NCBI GenBank assembly: GCA_964534375.1
Contig: CAZHPN010000092.1
Location: 1 to 22,533 of the forward strand
Source of the DNA: an uncultured bacterium
Lineage (GTDB): Bacteria > Lernaellota > Lernaellaia > Lernaellales > Lernaellaceae
Direction of reading: 5' to 3'
DNA length: 22,533 nucleotides
Shown piece after piece: positions 17,577 through 22,533 of the stretch (positions are counted from its first letter, which is position 1; every line of letters begins with the position of its first letter). The notes under the pieces were generated by a model. The model worked only from the letters and a program-made list of their open reading frames with translations, searched no databases and was not told the origin of the DNA. The position numbers and the translations under genes were made by a program.

Positions 17577-18242
17577 CTAAGGCCGCACACAGCGCGCGGC
17601 CCGGGCGCTCGTCCTCTCGTCGTTGTAGATAGCGCCGCCGTAGAAATTGACGAGCCACGCGGCGTTTTTATAATCCGTAACCGGCGAGGACGACCAATAC
17701 CAGTAGTCGACGCCCGAAAGTTCCGGCGGCCAGAAAGCGCCGCCCGGCCCTGGACCGCCCAGGAAGGAGCACTCCCTATCACACGTGCCCATCCCGCAGG
17801 CGGAAGCCAAACATGAATCGGTTACCTCGCACGAGCCGCCTGTTTCCGTGGCGGCGCACCCTCGAATCAGGCTGCGAATCTCGTTGATGTCGGGCAAGCG
17901 CCAGCCGCTGTAACCGCCCCAAAACAGCCCGGCACAATAATTCTGCGCCTCCGCCCAAACATAATCGACCGCGCCGACCGCCGCGCCGTTCTGCCACATG
18001 TAACCCGTCGTCGGATCGGTCCATGTGGTTTCGTCGGAACTATCGTCATCTGGCGAGGCATCGTCGTCCGTCGCGTCATCGTCGGGCGCGTTATTGTCGT
18101 CATCGCCGGACGGCGAATCGTCATCGTCGTTGACGCCCAGTCGGCTGACGCCCGCGCCGCTTCCGCCCCCGCCGCAGGTGAGAAAGCAAAACGCACTCAG
18201 GAGAATCACGACAATCGAGACGACCAAAATCCGCCGATTCAT
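17577..18242 (-). CDS. Secreted/lipoprotein with Asp-rich linker and DUF1566 (Lcl C-terminal) domain
   Basis: Signal MNRRILVV...FLTCGGG, DDD linker, then WTDPTTGYMWQ, W.EA..YC, WRLP.I.E.RSL, YWSSS, AW.VNF..G and ARCVR. Confidence 0.9.
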   Translation of the reverse strand: MNRRILVVSIVVILLSAFCFLTCGGGGSGAGVSRLGVNDDDDSPSGDDDNNAPDDDATDDDASPDDDSSDETTWTDPTTGYMWQNGAAVGAVDYVWAEAQNYCAGLFWGGYSGWRLPDINEIRSLIRGCAATETGGSCEVTDSCLASACGMGTCDRECSFLGGPGPGGAFWPPELSGVDYWYWSSSPVTDYKNAAWLVNFYGGAIYNDERTSARAARCVRP

Positions 18243-18331
18243 TGGCGTCGCCCTTCAAAAAGAAGGTTCTCTTTTCGCACGCCTTTCCTGAGTTCGATTG
18301 TGAGTGTCGGAAAGGCATCCACCCGTTTGGC

Positions 18332-18360
18332 ATTAAACGCCCGCCAGTGTTTTATGTCAA
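18332..18360 (-). promoter_or_regulatory. Candidate sigma70 promoter for the DUF1566/FGE lipoprotein pair
   Basis: TTGACA (18360-18355), 17 nt, TTTAAT (18337-18332), about 90 nt upstream of ATG 18242. Confidence 0.6.
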
Positions 18361-18457
18361 CCTGATTCCACAATGGCACTTCCTCAGCCGGCGACATTGG
18401 CGTAGTGTGGAGTCTTGGATCGGTGACCGTGGCGTGTTTTTTCGGGAGGAAATCCGC

Positions 18458-18984
18458 GTGAGCAAGAGTGTGCGATACGCGGCGCCGACCGTCGGAACTG
18501 CGGTGCAGTCGGAAATGACGTTTGTCTACGCCGGCGGCGTCACGCTCAACATCGTGGCCTTCGGCGGCGACGCGCCGCCGACGCCGGCGGCGTGTGGACG
18601 CCGGTGTCGCTTTGTTTTTCGGGGCTTTCCACCGGCGTCTGGGGCCTCTCGGCGAGCGACGTCTACGTCGTCGGTTGCGCCGGCGCCTGCGATGGCCTCA
18701 TCGGCCAAAACGCCACGATTTGCCATTACGATGGCGCGCAATGGAGCGCGGCCTGGAGCGACAACGCCGTCAACATCGAATATCCGGGATTCATCTGGGG
18801 AACCTCGGATACTGACATTTACGTCGCCGGGTCGGCGCATTACGACGGCTCGATGTGGTCGCAGGTGCTGACCGGGGTCGAGGGTGGTATTTTGGCTATT
18901 CGAGGCGCTGGCCCTGGCGACGTATTCGCGGTCGGCGACGGCGGCAGAATCTTGCATTACGCCGGCCCGCCCGCGGAGAGGTGA
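18458..18984 (+). pseudogene. Frameshifted/truncated beta-propeller repeat protein (GVWG..DV.AVG..HYDG family)
   Basis: GGAGGA + GTG at 18458 opens a short unrelated frame. From about 18590 a different frame carries three repeats (GVWGLSASDVYVVG..HYDG, IWGTSDTDIYVAG..HYDG, IRGAGPGDVFAVG..ILHY) with no start of its own. Confidence 0.65.
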
Positions 18985-19202
18985 GGCAAGCGGTCGCCGT
19001 GTGGCTCTTGCCGCGGGCCGAATCCGAAAAATCCGGCTTCAACCGGGTGCCAACCGGCAGACACTGCGTCGGGCTCCGCGTTCCGGGATGACGGATGGCG
19101 AAGTCCGCGTGACGAATGTGAGGCCGGTGAAGCGCGGGCGAAAAGCACGGCGGCGCTAGCAACGGCATTGTTTCCGAATTTCTCGCGCGGTAGGATTGGC
19201 CC

Positions 19203-19237
19203 ATGAAAAAGACTTGGCTGTTGCTTCTTGCCATTCG
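19203..19237 (+). pseudogene. Orphan start of a MKKT(W/C)LLLL lipoprotein gene interrupted by the element
   Basis: AGGATTGGCCC-ATGAAAAAGACTTGGCTGTTGCTTCTT matches the starts at 19997 and 22374 but breaks off before the lipobox. Confidence 0.7.
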
Positions 19238-19586
19238 GGACAGTCACCGGTTTTCTTGGCAGCCCTTCCCGTTTTGTTATTTGCCGGGCATGCGGCGTGT
19301 TGCGCGCATCGCTGTCCCGGGTTGTCGGCGTCATATCATTCACCGCGGGAACAATCGGCAAGACGTGTTTTTCACGGACGACGACCGGCGCCTTTGCTTG
19401 AAGGCGTTGGCCGAGGAAGACCGCGAAGCGCTGAGCGATCCTCGCCTGCACACGAACCGCGGCCGGCCGTTGGGCAGCGACGGTTTCGTAGCCAGGTTGG
19501 AGGCCGCAATGAATCGCCGGCTGCGCCCGCTTTCCGAAGGCCGGCCGCGAAAGAAAGACGAAAACCGGTGACTGTCCGTAGTTTCC
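19238..19586 (+). mobile_element. Non-autonomous, internally deleted REP-associated tyrosine (Y1/RAYT-like) transposase element
   Basis: Perfect 18-bp inverted repeats GGACAGTCACCGGTTTTC (19238-19255) / GAAAACCGGTGACTGTCC (19560-19577). The ORF 19290-19571 joins the N-terminus MRRVARIAVPG..H..HRGNNRQDVFFTDDD directly to the C-terminus GRPLGSDGF...LRPL..GRPRKK, without the HUH/Tyr core. Confidence 0.8.
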
Positions 19587-19916
19587 CATGGATTGGCCCC
19601 GGTGACGGAATTTGGTTTAGCCGGCGTCTGGGCAGACCGCGACCCCACTTCTGGAACCGCCCGACAGGTGTTCGTGGCGGGCGAATATTACGACGAGTTC
19701 AACAAAACCTTGACGCCGGTCATATACGACTACAGGCCGTCCCGCTCGATCGATTGCCTGTTATTCTCCAACTGGATCGCGGAGCAAGGGTGCTCGACGG
19801 CGATTCGCCTCGGCGCCATTCGCGGGGCACGAGATCCGAATGACAGCCTTGACCTCTTCGCCGCGGGCGGCGGCGTTGAGCAATTTCAATCATGGACGTC
19901 GGGATGTGCGCCTTAG
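19587..19916 (+). pseudogene. C-terminal fragment of a divergent beta-propeller-type secreted protein
   Basis: LAGVWA...QVFVAG and LGAIRG...DLFAAG resemble the neighbouring repeats. There is no convincing start; the fragment begins at the element's right end. Confidence 0.5.
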
Positions 19917-19996
19917 CCTTGACGCACCTAAGCCGCGGCGGCATTGTTGTCGCGGGCGTGGGTGGCGCAAAACTCGTCGCACCGGAGGATCGGCCC

Positions 19997-22246
19997 ATGA
20001 AAAAAACTTGCCTGTTGCTGCTTCTGGCGTCGCTTCTGAGCGCTTTGCTGGTCGCCGCCTGCGCGTCCGGCGGATCTTCGTCGAGCAAAACAATCATCGG
20101 CAACGACGACGACGCTTTGCTCGACGATGACGACGACAACGACGACAATGACGACGACGACAACGACGACAACGATAATAACGATGACAACGACGATGGC
20201 GATGATGATGATGATGACGACGACGATAACGATGACAATGACGACAACGACGACAACGATAATAACGATGACAACGACGATGACGATGATGATGATGACG
20301 ACGACGATAACGATGACAATGACGACAACGATGACGCGGCGCGCGACGTGTTCGCGGTGGGCGCGGACGGCCTGATTCTGCATTACGACGGCACGTCGTG
20401 GACTTCTATGACGAGCGGGACCCACGATCCCCTATTTGGTGTTTGGGGAACCTCGCCTTCCGACGTGTTCGCGGTGGGCGAGGGTGTCGATTGGGACGGG
20501 TTGATTCTGCATTACGACGGAACGATGTGGACGACAATGGCGAATGGACCCGGCGTGGGCTGTTTCGGCATTTGGGGATCGTCTCCTTCCGATGTGTTTG
20601 CCGTGGGGCCCAACGCGGTCGCACATTACGACGGCGTGTGGTGGACGCCGATGGCGGGCTTTGATAGCGCCTGGCTGATGGGTGTCTGGGGATCGTCGCC
20701 TTCTGACGTGTTCGCGGCGGGCTACGAGGCGGGTTATGGTTACAGCCTGATTCCGCATTACGACGGTGCGTCTTGGACAACGACGACGGCCGGCGTTTGG
20801 GCGCCATCCGGCATCTGGGGATCGTCGCCTTCCGACGTGTTCGCGGTGGGCGGTGTGATTCTGCATTACGATGGAACGTTTTGGGCAGAATGGGAGATCC
20901 TCGTCGGTCTTTGGGGCGTCTGGGGAACGTCGCCCTCCGACGTGTTCGCCGTGGGACAGGCGGCAGGGACGTGCGGGCCTGCCTGTCCGGGCGCCATCCT
21001 CCATTATGATGGGGCGTCTTGGGAGTCGATGACGACCGGAACCGACGGAACCCTGGAGTTGATTTGCGGCGTCTGGGGAACATCGCCCTCCGACGTGTTC
21101 GCCGTGGGTCGTTGGGCCAATGAAGGCAACGCCCTGATTTTACATTACGACGGATCATCGTGGACGCCGATGAGGAGCCCAGGCGGCGACATCTACGCCG
21201 TATGGGGATCGTCGAGTGACGACGACGACGACAATGACGACAACGACGACGACAATGACGACGACGACGAAAGCGCCTTGTCCCTCAATGCCGTGTGGGG
21301 AAACTCGGCGACGGGCGTGTTCGCCGTAGGATATGACTACGCCAATGAGAACGGCGAAATCCTTCATTATGATGGGAGTTCCTGGGCGACGATGAGGATT
21401 CCGAACGGAACCTCGTCGCTTCAGGGCGTGTGGGGCGCCTCGCCTTCCGACGTGTTCGCGGTTGGCTGGGGGACGAATCTGCATTACGACGGAACGTCCT
21501 GGACGACAATTGATAGCCTTTCGGGATATTGCTTGCTAAATGGCGTATGGGGAACATCGCCTTCCGATGTGTTCACGGTGGGAATAAACGAGATGAACGT
21601 CGCCGGTATAATGTTCCATTACGATGGAACGTCCTGGGCGACGATGACGGGCCCGAGCGGCGTCGAGCTGTTCGGGGTCTGGGGCTCTTCGCCGTCCGAC
21701 GTTTACGCCGTCGGCGAACCGGCAACGATTCTGCACTACGACGGAACGTCGTGGATGACGATAATGGCGGGCGATGCCTATGGGTTTGGCGGCATATGGG
21801 GCGCCTCGCCCTCCGACGTGTACGCGGTGGGCGACGATCTGATTCTCGATTATGACGGAACGTCCTGGACGGTAATGAGTTACTTTTCGGGGTATTGGCC
21901 GTTTGCGGGCGTCTGGGGAACATCGCCTTCCGACGTCTTCGCGGTCGCGGAATACGCATTGTACGACACCGCAAACCCCGCGGTTCTGCATTACGACGGC
22001 ACGTCGTGGACGACGATGGCAATCCCGAGCGGAGCCCTCTTGCTGAACGGCGGCTGGGGCGCCTCGCCTTCCGACGTGTTCGCGGTCGGTTGCCAGGGCG
22101 AGGGCGCGTCTTGCAGCCGGGGCTTTATCGTGCATTACGACGGATCATCCTGGGCCGAAATGCCGACCGGAACCAACCCGCGTCTCGACGGCGCTTTGGG
22201 AACGTCGCCGGCCGACACGCCGTCGGCGACCTCCTCGGCGCCTTGA
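19997..22246 (+). CDS. Lipoprotein with two Asp/Asn-rich linkers and two predicted 7-bladed beta-propellers (749 aa)
   Basis: GGAGGA SD, signal MKKTCLLLLL...VAAC, and 14 HYDG/DYDG repeats of consensus GVWGxSPSDVFAVG-(var)-ILHYDGxSW arranged as 7+7 around the second acidic linker. Confidence 0.9.
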   Translation: MKKTCLLLLLASLLSALLVAACASGGSSSSKTIIGNDDDALLDDDDDNDDNDDDDNDDNDNNDDNDDGDDDDDDDDDNDDNDDNDDNDNNDDNDDDDDDDDDDDNDDNDDNDDAARDVFAVGADGLILHYDGTSWTSMTSGTHDPLFGVWGTSPSDVFAVGEGVDWDGLILHYDGTMWTTMANGPGVGCFGIWGSSPSDVFAVGPNAVAHYDGVWWTPMAGFDSAWLMGVWGSSPSDVFAAGYEAGYGYSLIPHYDGASWTTTTAGVWAPSGIWGSSPSDVFAVGGVILHYDGTFWAEWEILVGLWGVWGTSPSDVFAVGQAAGTCGPACPGAILHYDGASWESMTTGTDGTLELICGVWGTSPSDVFAVGRWANEGNALILHYDGSSWTPMRSPGGDIYAVWGSSSDDDDDNDDNDDDNDDDDESALSLNAVWGNSATGVFAVGYDYANENGEILHYDGSSWATMRIPNGTSSLQGVWGASPSDVFAVGWGTNLHYDGTSWTTIDSLSGYCLLNGVWGTSPSDVFTVGINEMNVAGIMFHYDGTSWATMTGPSGVELFGVWGSSPSDVYAVGEPATILHYDGTSWMTIMAGDAYGFGGIWGASPSDVYAVGDDLILDYDGTSWTVMSYFSGYWPFAGVWGTSPSDVFAVAEYALYDTANPAVLHYDGTSWTTMAIPSGALLLNGGWGASPSDVFAVGCQGEGASCSRGFIVHYDGSSWAEMPTGTNPRLDGALGTSPADTPSATSSAP
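20123..20335 (+). repeat. Coding (GAY/AAY)n trinucleotide tract with an internal 84-nt tandem duplication
   Basis: About 70 codons, almost all Asp/Asn. The landmark GATAATAAC recurs at 20174 and 20258. Confidence 0.9.
21218..21268 (+). repeat. Second Asp/Asn coding tract (inter-domain linker)
   Basis: 17 consecutive GAC/AAY codons between the two repeat domains. Confidence 0.85.
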
Positions 22247-22373
22247 TTGGGCGCCACGGGGGCCATTCGTGGCGGAGGTCTGGGGCCGCGTTATTTGATC
22301 CGGCTCCGTCGTATGGTTGACGGTGCGGCGGCCATGTAGTATGCATTGACTTGTCGCGTGCGAGGATAGGCCG

Positions 22374-22533
22374 ATGAAAAAAGCTTGGTTGCCGCTGCTG
22401 GTTCTCGCCTTGAGCGCCCTGCTTTTGGTCGCGTGCGGGTCCGGCGGATCTTCGTCGAGCAAAGCAATCGTCGTCGATGATGATGATGACAACGACGACA
22501 ACGACAACGACAATGACGACAATGACGACAATG
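22374..22533 (+). CDS. Partial lipoprotein of the same family (runs off the window)
   Basis: GAGGA SD + MKKAWLPLLVLALSALLLVACGSGGSSSSKAIVVDDDDDNDD..., a paralog of the 19997 N-terminus. Confidence 0.85.
   Translation, partial: MKKAWLPLLVLALSALLLVACGSGGSSSSKAIVVDDDDDNDDNDNDNDDNDDN

Noticed and set aside
19720..20425. Poly-Ser, poly-Thr and poly-Val/Ile ORFs
   Set aside because: Alternative-frame readings of the Asp/Asn trinucleotide tract.
20440..22150. Regularly spaced DNA repeats with unique intervening sequence resembling a second CRISPR array
   Set aside because: They lie in one open frame, vary mainly at third codon positions and encode propeller blades.

Overview
High-GC bacterial window in three parts. 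(1) 1-8512: a complete type I-C CRISPR-Cas locus on the minus strand (cas3-cas5-cas8c[+internal cas11]-cas7-cas4-cas1-cas2-leader-array). The array is cut by the window edge. An internal sigma70 promoter between cas3 and cas5 appears to start on a 28-codon leaderless ORF coupled to cas5. (2) 8800-15322: a repeat-rich intergenic stretch, a solitary bioY, and a translationally coupled operon of CoA-transferase-GNAT fusion, ADP-forming acyl-CoA ligase and DRTGG protein. (3) 15470-22533: an accessory cluster of secreted proteins and lipoproteins built from shared RBS/signal-peptide cassettes, Asp/Asn-rich linkers and different C-terminal domains (FGE-sulfatase, DUF1566, beta-propeller repeats), plus an N-terminally truncated clostripain-like domain. 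Several genes there are fragments, and two of the breakpoints coincide with remnants of an internally deleted REP-associated tyrosine (Y1) transposase element. All calls come from reading motifs by eye; no database search was run.
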